Source of the DNA: Eledone cirrhosa
Lineage: Eukaryota
Reading direction: 5' to 3'
DNA length: 64,000 bases
Assembly (NCBI GenBank): GCA_964016885.1
Contig: OZ024744.1
Coordinates: forward strand, 48,174,001-48,238,000
The notes under the pieces are model-generated. The model searched no databases. It was not told the DNA's origin and saw only the letters and a program-made list of their open reading frames with translations. A program made the position numbers and the translations under genes. How positions within the stretch are numbered: position 1 is the first letter of the stretch; every line of letters begins with the position of its first letter. Shown piece by piece: positions 1 through 15,700 of this stretch.

Positions 1-3000
1 CATTAGACAATCAAGACCAGAACACTAACCACATTAGACTATCAAGACCAGAACACCAACCACATTAGACTAGCAAGACCAGAACACCAACCACATTAGA
101 CTATCAAGACCAGAACACCAACCACATTAGACTATCAAGACCAGAACTCCAACCACATTAGACTATCAAGACCAGAACACCAACCACATCACATTAGACT
201 ATCAAGGCCAGAACACCAACCACATTAGACTATCAAGACCAGAACACCAACAATATCATTTTAGACTATCAAGACCAGAACACCAACCACATTAGACTAT
301 CAAGACCAGAACACCAACAACATTAGACTATCAAGACCAGAACACCAACCACATCACATTAGACTATCAAGACCAGAACACCAACCACGTTAGACTATCA
401 AGACCAGAACACCAACCACATCACATTTGACTATCAAGACCAGAACACCAACCACATCACATTAGACTATCAAGACCAGAACACAAACCACATCACATTA
501 GACTATCAAGACCAGAACACCAACCACATCACATTAGACTATCAAGACCAGAACACCAACCACATTAGACTATCAAGACCAGAACTCCAACCACATTAGA
601 CTATCAAGAGAAGAACACCAACCACATCACTTTAGACTATCAAGACCAGAACACCAACCACATTAGACTATCAAGACCAGAACTCCAACCACATTAGACT
701 ATCAAGACCAGAACACCAACAACATTAGACTATCAACACCAGAACACCAACCACATTAGTCTATCAAGACCAGAACTCCAACCACATTAGACTATCAAGA
801 CCAGAACACCAACCACATTAGACTATCAAGACCAGAACACCAACCACATCACATTTGACTATCAAGACCAGAACACCAACCACATCACATTAGACTATCA
901 AGACCAGAAAACCAACCACATCACATTAGACTATCAAGACCAGCACACCAACCACATCACATTAGACTATCAAGACCAGAACACCAACCACATTAGACTA
1001 TCAAGACCAGAACAGCAACCACATCACATTAGACTATCAAGACCAGAACACCAACCACATTATACTATCAAGACCAGAACACCAACCACATTAGACTATC
1101 AAGACCAGAACACCAACCACATTAGACTATCAAGACCAGAACACCAACCACATCACATTAGACTATCAAGACCAGAACACCAACCACATTAGACTATCAA
1201 GACCAGAACACCAACCACATTAGACTATCAAGACCAGAACACCAACCACATTAGACTATCAAGACCAGAACACCAACCACATCACATTAGACTATCAAGA
1301 CCAGAACACCAACCACATTAGACTATCAAGACCAGAACACCAACCACATTAGACTATCAAGACCAGAACACCAACCACATCACATTAGACTATCAAGACC
1401 AGAACACCAACCACATTAGACTATCAAGACCAGAACACCAACCACATCAGATTAGACTATCCTGACCAGAACACCAACCACATTAGACAATCAAGAACAG
1501 AACTCCAACCACATTACAATATCAAGACCAGAACACCAACCACATCACATTAGACTATCAAGACCAGAACACCAACCACATCACATTAGACTATCAAGAC
1601 CAGAACACCAAACACATTAGACTATCATGACCAGAACACCAACCACATTAGACTATCAAGACCATAACACCAACCACATCACATCAGACTATCAAGAGCA
1701 GAACACCAACCACATTAGACTATCAAGACCAGAACACCAACCACATTAGACTATCAAGACCAGAACACCAACCACATTAGACTATCAAGACCAGAACACC
1801 AACCACATTAGACTATCAAGACCAGAACACCAACCACATTAGACTATCAAGACCAGAACACCAACCACATTAGACTATCAAGACCAGAACACCAACCACA
1901 TCACATAAGACTATCAAGACCAGAACATAAACCACATCACATTAGACTATCAAGACCAGAACACCAACCACATCACATTAGACTATCAAGACCAGAACAC
2001 CAACCACATCACATTAGACTATCAAGACCTGAACACCAACCACATCACATTAGACTATCAAGACCAGAACACCAACAACATCACATTAGACTATCAAGAC
2101 CAGAACACCAACCACATTAGACTATCAAGAACAGAACACCAACAACATTAGACTATCAAGACCATAACACCAACCACATTAGACTATCAAGAACAGAACA
2201 CCAACCACATTAGACTATCAAGACCAGAACACCAACAACAATAGACTATCAAGACCAGAACACCAACCACATTAGACTATCAAGAACAGAACACCAACCA
2301 CATTAGACTATCAAGACAAGAACACCAACCACATTAGACTATCAAGAACAGAACACCAACCACATTAGACTATCAAGAACAGAACACCAACCACATTAGA
2401 CTATCAAGAACAGAACACCAACCACATCACATTAGCCTATCAAGAACAGAACACCAACCACATTAGACTATCAAGACCAGAACACCAACCACATTAGACT
2501 ATCAAAACCAGAACACCAACCACATCACATTAGACTATCAAGACCAGAACACCAACCACATTAGACTATCAAGACCAGAACACCAACCACATCACATTAG
2601 AATATCCAGACCAGAACACCAACCATATCACATTAGACTATCAAGACCTGAACACCAACAACATCACATTAGACTATCAAGACCAGAACACCAACAACAT
2701 CACATTAGACTATCAAGACCAGAACACCAACCACATTAGACTATCAAGAACATAACACCAACAACATTAGACTATCAAGAACATAACACCAACCACATTA
2801 GACTATCAAGAACAGAACACCAACCACATTAGACTATCAAGAACAGAACACCAACCACATTAGACTATCAAGACCAGAACACCAACCACATCACATTAGC
2901 CTATCAAGAACAGAACACCAACCACATTAGACTATCAAGACCAGAACACCAACCACATTAGACTATCAAGAACAGAACACAAACCACATTAGACCATCAA

Positions 3001-3544
3001 GACCAGAACACCAACCACATTAGACTATCAAGACCAGAACACCAAACACATTACACTATCAAGAACAGAACACCAACCACATTAGACTATCAAGAACAGA
3101 ACACCAACCACATTAGACTATCAAGAACAGAACACCAACCACATTAGACTATCAAGAACAGAACACCAACCACATTAGACTATCAAGAACAGAACACCAA
3201 CCACATTAGACTATCAAGAACAGAACACAAACCACATTAGACTATCAAGACCAGAACATTAACAACATCACATAGTCTATCAAGACCAGAACACCAACAA
3301 CATCACATTAGACTATCAAGACCAGAACACCACCCACATCACATTAGACTATCAAGACCAGAACACCAAACACATCACATTAGACTATCAAGACCAGAAC
3401 ACCAACCACATTAGACTACCAAGACCAGAACACCAACCACATCACATTGGACTATTAAGACCAGAACACCAACCACATTAGACTATCAAGACCAGAACTC
3501 CAACCACATTAGACTATCAAGACCAGAACACTAACCACATCACA

Positions 3545-6500
3545 TTAGACTATCAAAACCATAACACCAACCACATTAGACTATCAAGACCATAACACCA
3601 ACCACATTAGACTATCAAGACCAGAACAACAACTAGATCACATTAGACTATCAAGACCAGAACATCAACAATATCATTTTAGACTATCAAGACCAGAACA
3701 CCAACAATATACCATTAGACTATCAAGACCAGAACACCAACCACATCACATTAGACTATCAAGACCAGAACACCAACCACATCACATTAGACTATCAAGA
3801 CCAGAACACCAACCACATCACATTAGACTATCAAGACGTGAACACCAACCACATTAGACTATCAAGACCAGAACACCAACCACATTAGACTATCAAGACC
3901 AGAACACCAACCACATTTGACTATCAAGACCAGAACACCAACCACATCACATTAGACTATCAAGACCAGAACACCAACCACATTAGATTTCAAGACCAGA
4001 ACACCAACCACATTATACTGTCAAGACCAGAACACCAACCACATCACATTAGAATATCAAGACCAGAACACCAACCACATTAGACTATCAAGACCAGAAC
4101 ACCAACCACATCACATTAGACTATCAAGAACAGAACACCAACCACATCACATTAGACTATCAAGACCAGTACACGAACCACATCACATTAGACTATCAAG
4201 ACCAGAACACCAACCACATCACATTAGACTATCAAGACGTGAACACCAACCACATTAGACTATCAAGACCAGAACACCAACAACATTAGACTATCAAGAC
4301 CAGAACGCCAACCACATTAGACTATCAAGACCAGAACACCAACCACATCACATTAGACTATCAAGACCAGAACACCAACAACATCACATTAGACTACCAA
4401 GACCATAACACCAACCATATTAGACTATCAAGACCAGAACACCAACCACATCACATTAGACTATCAAGACCAGAACACCAACCACATTAGACTATCAAGA
4501 CCAGAACACCAATCACATTAGACTATCAAGGCCAGAACACCAACCACATCACATTAGAATATCAAGACCAGAACACCAACCACATTAGACTATCAAGACC
4601 AGAACACCAACCACATCACATTAGACTATCAAGACCAGAACACCAACCACATTAGACTATCAAGAACAGAACACCAACCACATTAGACTATCAAGAAAAG
4701 AACACCAACCACATTAGACTATCAAGACCAGAACACCAACCACATCACATTAGACTATCAAGACCAGAACACTAACCACATTAGGCTATCAAGACCAGAA
4801 CACTAACAACATCACATAGTCTATCAAGACCAGAACACCAACAACATCACATTAGACTATAAAGACCAGAACACCAACAACATCACATTAGACTATCAAG
4901 ACCAGAACACCACCTACATCACATTAGACTATCAAAACCAGAACACCAAACACATCACATAAGACTATCAAGACCAGAACACCAACCACATTAGACTACC
5001 ATGACCAGAACAACAACCACATCACATTAGACTATTAAGACCAGAACACCAACCACATCACATTAGACTATCAAGACCAGAACACCAACCACATTAGACT
5101 ATCAAGACCAGAAATCCAACCACATCACATTAGACTATCAAGACCAGAACACCAACCACATTAGACTATCAAGACCAGAACACCAACCACATCACATTAG
5201 ACTATCAAGACCAGAACACCAACCACATCACATTAGACTATCAAGACCAGAACACCAACCACATCACATTAGACTATCAAGACCATAACACCAACCACAT
5301 TAGACTATCAAGACCATAACACCAACCACATTAGACTATCAAGACCAGAACACCAACCACATTAGACTATCAAGACCAGAACACCAACCACATTAGACTA
5401 TCAAAACCAGAACACCAACCACATCACATAAGACTATCAAGACCAGAACATAAACCACATCACATTAGACTATCAAGACCAGAACACCAACCACATCACA
5501 TTAGACTATCAAGACCAGAACACCAACCACATCACATTAGACCATCAAGACCAGAACACCAACCACATCACATTAGACTATCAAGACCAGAACACCAACC
5601 ACATCACATTAGACTATCAAGACCAGAACACCAACCACATTAGACTATCAAGACCAGAACACCAACCACATTAGACTATCAAGACCAGAACACCAACCAC
5701 ATTAGACTATCAAGACCAGAACACCAACCACATCACATAAGACTATCAAGACCAGAACATAAACCACATCACATTAGACTATCAAGACCAGAACACCAAC
5801 CACATCACATTAGACTATCAAGACCAGAACACCAACCACATCACATTAGACTATCAAGACCAGAACACTAACCACATTAGACTATCAAGACCAGAACACC
5901 AACCACATTAGACTATCAAGACCAGAACACCAACCACATTAGACTATCAAGACCAGAACACCAACCACATTAGACTATCAAGACCAGAACTCCAACCACA
6001 TTAGACTATCAAGACCAGAATACCAACCACATCACATTAGACTATCAAGACCAGAACACCAACCACATTAGACTATCAAGACCAGAACACCAACAATATC
6101 ATTTTAGACTATCAAGACCAGAACACCAACCACATTAGACTATCAAGACCAGAACACCAACAACATTAGACTATCAAGACCAGAACACCAACCACATCAC
6201 ATTAGACTATCAAGACCAGAACACCAACCACGTTAGACTATCAAGACCAGAACACCAACCACATCACATTTGACTATCAAGACCAGAACACCAACCACAT
6301 CACATTAGACTATCAAGACCAGAACACAAACCACATCACATTAGACTATCAAGACCAGAACACCAACCACATCACATTAGACTATCAAGACCAGAACACC
6401 AACCACATTAGACTATCAAGACCAGAACTCCAACCACATTAGACTATCAAGAGAAGAACACCAACCACATCACATTAGACTATCAAGACCAGAACACCAA

Positions 6501-9500
6501 CCACATTAGACTATCAAGACCAGAACTCCAACCACATTAGACTATCAAGACCAGAACACCAACAACATTAGACTATCAACACCAGAACACCAACCACATT
6601 AGACTATCAAGACCAGAACTCCAACCACATTAGACTATCAAGACCAGAACACCAACCACATTAGACTATCAAGACCAGAACACCAACCACATCACATTTG
6701 ACTATCAAGACCAGAACACCAACCACATCACATTAGACTATCAAGACCATAACACCAACCACATTAGACTATCAAGACCATAACACCAACCACATTAGAC
6801 TATCAAGACCAGAACAACAACTAGATCACATTAGACTATCAAGACCAGAACATCAACAATATCATTTTAGACTATCAAGACCAGAACACCAACAAAATCA
6901 CATTAGACTATCAAGACCAGAACACCAACCACATCACATTAGACTATCAAGACCAGAACACCAACCACATCACATTAGACTATCAAGACCAGAACACCAA
7001 CCACATCACATTAGACTATCAAGACGTGAACACCAACCACATTAGACTATCAAGACCAGAACACCAACCACATTAGACTATCAAGACCAGAACACCAACC
7101 ACATTAGACTATCAAGACCAGAACACCAACCACATCACATTAGACTATCAAGACCAGAACACCAACCACATTAGATTTCAAGACCAGAACACCAACCACA
7201 TTATACTATCAAGACCAGAACACCAACCACATCACATTAGACTATCAAGAACAGAACACCAACCACATCACATTAGACTATCAAGACCAGAACACCAACC
7301 ACATCACATTAGACTATCAAGACCAGAACACCAACCACATCACATTAGACTATCAAGACGTGAACACCAACCACATTAGACTATCAAGACCAGAACACCA
7401 ACCACATTAGACTATCAAGACCAGAACACCAACCACATTAGACTATCAAGACCAGAACACCAACCACATCACATTAGACTATCAAGACCAGAACACCAAC
7501 AACATCACATTAGACTATCAAGACCATAACACCAACCATATTAGACTATCAAGACCAGAACACCAACCACATCACATTAGACTATCAAGACCAGAACACC
7601 AACCACATTAGACTATCAAGACCAGAACACCAACCACATTAGACTATCAAGACCAGAACACCAACCACATCACATTAGAATATCAAGACCAGAACACCAA
7701 CCACATTAGACTATCAAGACCAGAACACCAACCACATCACATTAGACTATCAAAACCAGAACACCAACCACATTAGACTATCAAGAACAGAACACCAACC
7801 ACATTAGACTATCAAGAACAGAACACCAACCTCATTAGACTATCAAGACCAGAACACCAACCACATCACATTAGACTATCAAGACCAGAACACTAACCAC
7901 ATTAGACTATCAAGACCAGAACACTAACAACATCACATAGTCTATCAAGAACAGAACACCAACAACATCACATTAGACTATAAAGACCAGAACACCAACA
8001 ACATCACATTAGACTATCAAGACCAGAACACCACCCACATCACATTAGACTATCAAAACCAGAACACCAAACACATCACATAAGACTATCAAGACCAGAA
8101 CACCAACCACATTAGACTACCATGACCAGAACAACAACCACATCACATTAGACTATTAAGACCAGAACACCAACCACATCACATTAGACTATCAAGACCA
8201 GAACACCAACCACATTAGACTATCAAGACCAGAACTCCAACCACATCACATTAGACTATCAAGACCAGAACACCAACCACATTAGACTATCAAGACCAGA
8301 ACACCAACCACATCACATTAGACTATCAAGACCAGAACACCAACCACATCACATTAGAATATCAAGACCAGAACACCAACCACATCACATTAGACTATTA
8401 AGACCATAACACCAACCACATTAGACTATCAAGACCATAACACCAACCACATTAGACTATCAAGACCAGAACACCAACCACATTAGACTATCAAGACCAG
8501 AACACCAACCACATTAGACTATCAAGACCAGAACACCAACCACATCACATAAGACTATCAAGACCAGAACATAAACCACATCACATTAGACTATCAAGAC
8601 CAGAACACCAACCACATCACATTAGACTATCAAGACCAGAACACCAACCACATCACATTAGACTATCAAGACCAGAACACCAACCACATCACATTAGACT
8701 ATCAAGACCAGAACACCAACCACATCACATTAGACTATCAAGACCAGAACACCAGCCACATTAGACTATCAAGACCAGAACACCAACTACATTAGACTAT
8801 CAAGACCAGAACACCAACCACATTAGACTATCAAGACCAGAACACCAACCACATCACATAAGACTATCAAGACCAGAACATAAACCACATCACATTAGAC
8901 TATCAAGACCAGAACACCAACCACATCACATTAGACTATCAAGACCAGAACACCAACCACATCACATTAGACTATCAAGACCAGAACACTAACCACATTA
9001 GACTATCAAGACCAGAACACCAACCACATTAGACTATCAAGACCAGAACACCAACCACATCACATTAGACTATCAAGACCAGAACACCAACCACATTAGA
9101 CTATCAAGACCAGAACACCAACAATATCATTTTAGACTATCAAGACCAGAACACCAACCACATTAGACTATCAAGACCAGAACACCAACAACATTAGACT
9201 ATCAAGACCAGAACACCAACCACATCACATTAGACTATCAAGACCAGAACACCAACCACATTAGACTATCAAGACCAGAACACCAACCACATCACATTTG
9301 ACTATCAAGACCAGAACACCAACCACATCACATTAGACTATCAAGACCAGAACACAAACCACATCACATTAGACTATCAAGACCAGAACACCAACCACAT
9401 CACATTAGACTATCAAGACCAGAACACCAACCACATTAGACTATCAAGACCAGAACTCCAACCACATTAGACTATCAAGAGAAGAACACCAACCACATCA

Positions 9501-9700
9501 CATTAGACTATCAAGACCAGAACACCAACCACATTAGACTATCAAGACCAGAACTCCAACCACATTAGACTATCAAGACCAGAACACCAACAACATTAGA
9601 CTATCAACACCAGAACACCAAGCACATTAGACTATCAAGACCAGAACTCCAACCACATTAGACTATCAAGACCAGAACACCAACCACATTAGACTATCAA
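3545..9700 (+). repeat. ~3.19 kb internal tandem duplication, re-copied at ~25.3-31.4, ~40.0-46.0 and ~55.7-61.8 kb
   Basis: The AACTAGATCA marker occurs in pairs: 3631/6819 (3,188), 25418/28611 (3,193), 40055/43248 (3,193), 55780/58968 (3,188). Each is followed by the same series GACGTG, GATTTC, CATAGTCT, ACTATAAA, TACCATG. End boundaries are approximate. Confidence 0.82.
5330..5960 (+). repeat. 309 bp (9-monomer) local higher-order duplication marked by the CATAAG…CATAAA variant pair
   Basis: CATAAG at 5427 and 5736 (309 = 3x31 + 6x36). The same doublet recurs at ~8.5, 12.3, 17.4, 21.3, 27.2, 30.3, 33.1, 37.0, 41.9, 44.9, 47.7, 51.6, 57.6 and 60.7 kb. Confidence 0.8.
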
Positions 9701-12700
9701 GACCAGAACACCAACAACATTAGACTATCAAGACCAGAACACCAACCACATCACATTAGACTATCAAGACCAGAACAACAACCACATTAGACTATCAAGA
9801 CCAGAACACCAACCACATCACATTTGACTATCAAGACCAGAACACCAACCACATCACATTAGACTATCAAGACCAGAACACCAACCACATCACATTAGAC
9901 TATCAAGACCAGAACACCAACCACATCACATTAGACTATCAAGACCAGAACACCAACCACATTAGACTATCAAGACCAGAATACCAACCACATCACATTA
10001 GACTATCAAGACCAGAACACCAACCACATTAGACTATCAAGACCAGAACACCAACCACATTAGACTATCAAGACCAGAACACCAACCACATTAGACTATC
10101 AAGACCAGAACACCAACCACATCACATTAGACTATCAAGACCAGAACACCAACCACATTAGACTATCAAGACCAGAACACCAACCACATTAGACTATCAA
10201 GACCAGAACACCAACCACATCACATTAGACTATCAAGACCAGAACACCAACCACATTAGACTATCAAGACCAGAACACCAACCACATCAGATTAGACTAT
10301 CCTGACCAGAACACCAACCACATTAGACTATCAAGAACAGAACTCCAACCACATTACACTATCAAGACCAGAACACCAACCACATCACATTAGACTATCA
10401 AGACCAGAACACCAACCACATCACATTAGACTATCAAGACCAGAACACCAACCACATTAGACTATCAAGACCAGAACACCAACCACATTAGACTATCAAG
10501 ACCAGAACACCGACCACATCACATTAGACTATCAAGACCAGAACACCAACCACATTAGACTATCAAGACCAGAACACCAACCACATCAGATTAGACTATC
10601 CTGACCAGAACACCAACCACATTAGACTATCAAGAACAGAACTCCAACCACATTACACTATCAAGACCAGAACACCAACCACATCACATTAGACTATCAA
10701 GACCAGAACACCAACCGCATCACATTAGACTATCAAGACCAGAACACCAACCACATCACATTAGACTATCAAGACCATAACACAAACCACATTAGACTAT
10801 CAAGACCATAACACCAACCACATTAGACTATCAAGACCAGAACACCAACCACATCACATTAGACTATCAAGACCAGAACACCAACCACATTAGACTATCA
10901 AGACCAGAACACCAACCACATTAGACTATCAAGACCAGAACACCAACCACATTAGACTATCAAGACCAGAACACCAACCACATTAGACTATCAAGACCAG
11001 AACGCCAACCACATTAGACTATCAAGACCAGAACACCAACCACATTAGACTATCAACACCAGAACACCAACCTCATTAGACTATCAAGACCAGAACACCA
11101 ACAACATCACATTAGACTATCAAGACCAGAACACCAACCACATCACATTAGACTATCAAGACCAGAACACCAACCACATTAGACTATCAAGACCAGAACA
11201 CCAACACATCACATTAGACTATCAAGACCAGAACACCAACCACATCACAGTAGACTATCCTGACCAGAACACCAACCACATTAGACTATCAAGACCAGAA
11301 CTCCAACCACATTAGACTGTCAAGACCAGAACACCAACCACATCACATTAGACTATCAAGACCAGAACACCAACCACATTAGACTATCAAGACCAGAACA
11401 CCAACCACATCACATTAGACTATCAAGACCAGAACACCAACCACATCACATTAGACTATCAAGACCAGAACACCAACCACATCACATTAGACTATCAAGA
11501 CCATAACACAAACCACATTAGACTATCAAGACCATAACACCAACCACATTAGACTATCAAGACCAGAACACCAACCACATTAGACTATCAAGACCAGAAC
11601 ACCAACCACATTAGACTATCAAGACCAGAACATCAACCACATCACATAAGACTATCAAGACCAGAACATAAACCACATCACATTAGACTATCAAGACCAG
11701 AACACCAACCACATCACATTAGACTATCAAGACCAGAACACCAACCACATTAGACTATCAAGGACAGAACACCAACCATATTAGACTATCAAGACCAGAA
11801 CACCAACCACATTAGACTATCAACAACAGAACACCAACCACATTAGACTATCAAGAACAGAACACCAACCACATTAGACTATCAAGACCAGAACACCAAC
11901 CACATCACATTAGCCTATCAAGAACAGAACACCAACCACATCACATTAGACTATCAAGACCAGAATACCAACCACATTAGACTATCAAGACCAGAACTCC
12001 AACCACATCACATTAGACTATCAAGACCAGAACACCAACCACATTAGACTATCAAGACCAGAACACCAACCACATCACATTAGACTATCAAGACCAGAAC
12101 ACCAACCACATCACATTAGACTATCAAGACCAGAACACCAACCACATCACATTAGACTATCAAGACCATAACACCAACCACATTAGACTATCAAGACCAT
12201 AACACCAACCACATTAGACTATCAAGACCAGAACACCAACCACATTAGACTATCAAGACCAGAACACCAACCACATTAGACTATCAAGACCAGAACACCA
12301 ACCACATCACATAAGACTATCAAGACCAGAACATAAGCCACATCACATTAGACTATCAAGACCAGAACACCAACCACATCACATTAGACTATCAAGACCA
12401 GAACACCAACCACATCACATTAGACCATCAAGACCAGAACACCAACCACATCACATTAGACTATCAAGACCAGAACACCAACCACATCACATTAGACTAT
12501 CAAGACCAGAACACCAACCACATTAGACTATCAAGACCAGAACACCAACCACATTAGACTATCAAGACCAGAACACCAACCACATTAGACTATCAAGACC
12601 AGAACACCAACCACATCACATAAGATTATCAAGACCAGAACATAAACCACATCACATTAGACTATCAAGACCAGAACACCAACCACATCACATTAGACTA

Positions 12701-15700
12701 TCAAGACCAGAACACCAACCACATCACATTAGACTATCAAGACCAGAACACTAACCACATTACACTATCAAGACCAGAACACCAACCACATTAGACTAGC
12801 AAGACCAGAACACCAACCACATTAGACTATCAAGACCAGAACACCAACCACATTAGACTATCAAGACCAGAACTCCAACCACATTAGACTATCAAGACCA
12901 GAACACCAACCACATCACATTAGACTATCAAGACCAGAACACCAACCACATTAGACTATCAAGACCAGAACACCAACAATATCATTTTAGACTATCAAGA
13001 CCAGAACACCAACCACATTAGACTATCAAGACCAGAACACCAACAACATTAGACTATCAAGACCAGAACACCAACCACATCACATTAGACTATCAAGACC
13101 AGAACACCAACCACGTTAGACTATCAAGACCAGAACACCAACCACATCACATTTGACTATCAAGACCAGAACACCAACCACATCACATTAGACTATCAAG
13201 ACCAGAACACAAACCACATCACATTAGACTATCAAGACCAGAACACCAACCACATCACATTAGACTATCAAGACCAGAACACCAACCACATTAGACTATC
13301 AAGACCAGAACTCCAACCACATTAGACTATCAAGAGAAGAACACCAACCACATCACTTTAGACTATCAAGACCAGAACACCAACCACATTAGACTATCAA
13401 GACCAGAACTCCAACCACATTAGACTATCAAGACCAGAACACCAACAACATTAGACTATCAACACCAGAACAGCAACCACATTAGTCTATCAAGACCAGA
13501 ACTCCAACCACATTAGACTATCAAGACCAGAACACCAACCACATTAGACTATCAAGACCAGAACACCAACCACATCACATTTGACTATCAAGAACAGAAC
13601 ACCAACCACATCACATTAGACTATCAAGACCAGAAAACCAACCACATCACATTAGACTATCAAGACCAGAACACCAACCACATCACATTAGACTATCAAG
13701 ACCAGAACACCAACCACATTAGACTATCAAGACCAGAACACCAACCACATCACATTAGACTATCAAGACCAGAACACCAACCACATTATACTATCAAGAC
13801 CAGAACACCAACCACATTAGACTATCAAGACCAGAACACCAACCACATTAGACTATCAAGACCAGAACACCAACCACATTAGACTATCAAGACCAGAACA
13901 CCAACCACATCACATTAGACTATCAAGACCAGAACACCAACCACATTAGACTATCAAGACCAGAACACCAACCACATTAGACTATCAAGACCAGAACACC
14001 AACTACATTAGACTATCAAGACCAGAACACCAACCACATTAGACTATCAAGACCAGAACACCAACCACATCACATAAGACTATCAAGACCAGAACATAAA
14101 CCACATCACATTAGACTATCAAGACCAGAACACCAACCACATCACATTAGACTATCAAGACCAGAACACCAACCACATCACATTAGACTATCAAGACCAG
14201 AACACTAACCACATTAGACTATCAAGACCAGAACACCAACCACATTAGACTATCAAGACCAGAACACCAACCACATCACATTAGACTATCAAGACCAGAA
14301 CACCAACCACATTAGACTATCAAGACCAGAACACCAACAATATCATTTTAGACTATCAAGACCAGAACACCAACCACATTAGACTATCAAGACCAGAACA
14401 CCAACAACATTAGACTATCAAGACCAGAACACCAACCACATCACATTAGACTATCAAGACCAGAACACCAACCACATTAGACTATCAAGACCAGAACACC
14501 AACCACATCACATTTGACTATCAAGACCAGAACACCAACCACATCACATTAGACTATCAAGACCAGAACACAAACCACATCACATTAGACTATCAAGACC
14601 AGAACACCAACCACATCACATTAGACTATCAAGACCAGAACACCAACCACATTAGACTATCAAGACCAGAACTCCAACCACATTAGACTATCAAGAGAAG
14701 AACACCAACCACATCACATTAGACTATCAAGACCAGAACACCAACCACATTAGACTATCAAGACCAGAACACCAACAACATTAGACTATCAACACCAGAA
14801 CACCAAGCACATTAGACTATCAAGACCAGAACTCCAACCACATTAGACTATCAAGACCAGAACACCAACCACATTAGACTATCAAGACCAGAACACCAAC
14901 AACATTAGACTATCAAGACCAGAACACCAACCACATCACATTAGACTATCAAGACCAGAACAACAACCACATTAGACTATCAAGACCAGAACACCAACCA
15001 CATCACATTTGACTATCAAGACCAGAACACCAACCACATCACATTAGACTATCAAGACCAGAACACCAACCACATCACATTAGACTATCAAGACCAGAAC
15101 ACCAACCACATCACATTAGACTATCAAGACCAGAACACCAACCACATTAGACTATCAAGACCAGAATACCAACCACATCACATTAGACTATCAAGACCAG
15201 AACACCAACCACATTAGACTATCAAGACCAGAACACCAACCACATTAGACTATCAAGACCAGAACACCAGCCACATTAGACTATCAAGACCAGAACACCA
15301 ACCACATCACATTAGACTATCAAGACCAGAACACCAACCACATTAGACTATCAAGACCAGAACACCAACCACATTAGACTATCAAGACCAGAACACCAAC
15401 CACATCACATTAGACTATCAAGACCAGAACACCAACCACATTAGACTATCAAGACCAGAACACCAACCACATCAGATTAGACTATCCTGACCAGAACACC
15501 AACCACATTAGACTATCAAGAACAGAACTCCAACCACATTACACTATCAAGACCAGAACACCAACCACATCACATTAGACTATCAAGACCAGAACACCAA
15601 CCACATCACATTAGACTATCAAGACCAGAACACCAACCACATTAGACTATCAAGACCAGAACACCAACCACATTAGACTATCAAGACCAGAACACCGACC

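Noticed and set aside
755-765. TAGTCTA variant as a micro-inversion of TAGACTA
   Set aside because: It is the exact reverse complement but is indistinguishable from a single A>T substitution, so there is no independent support.
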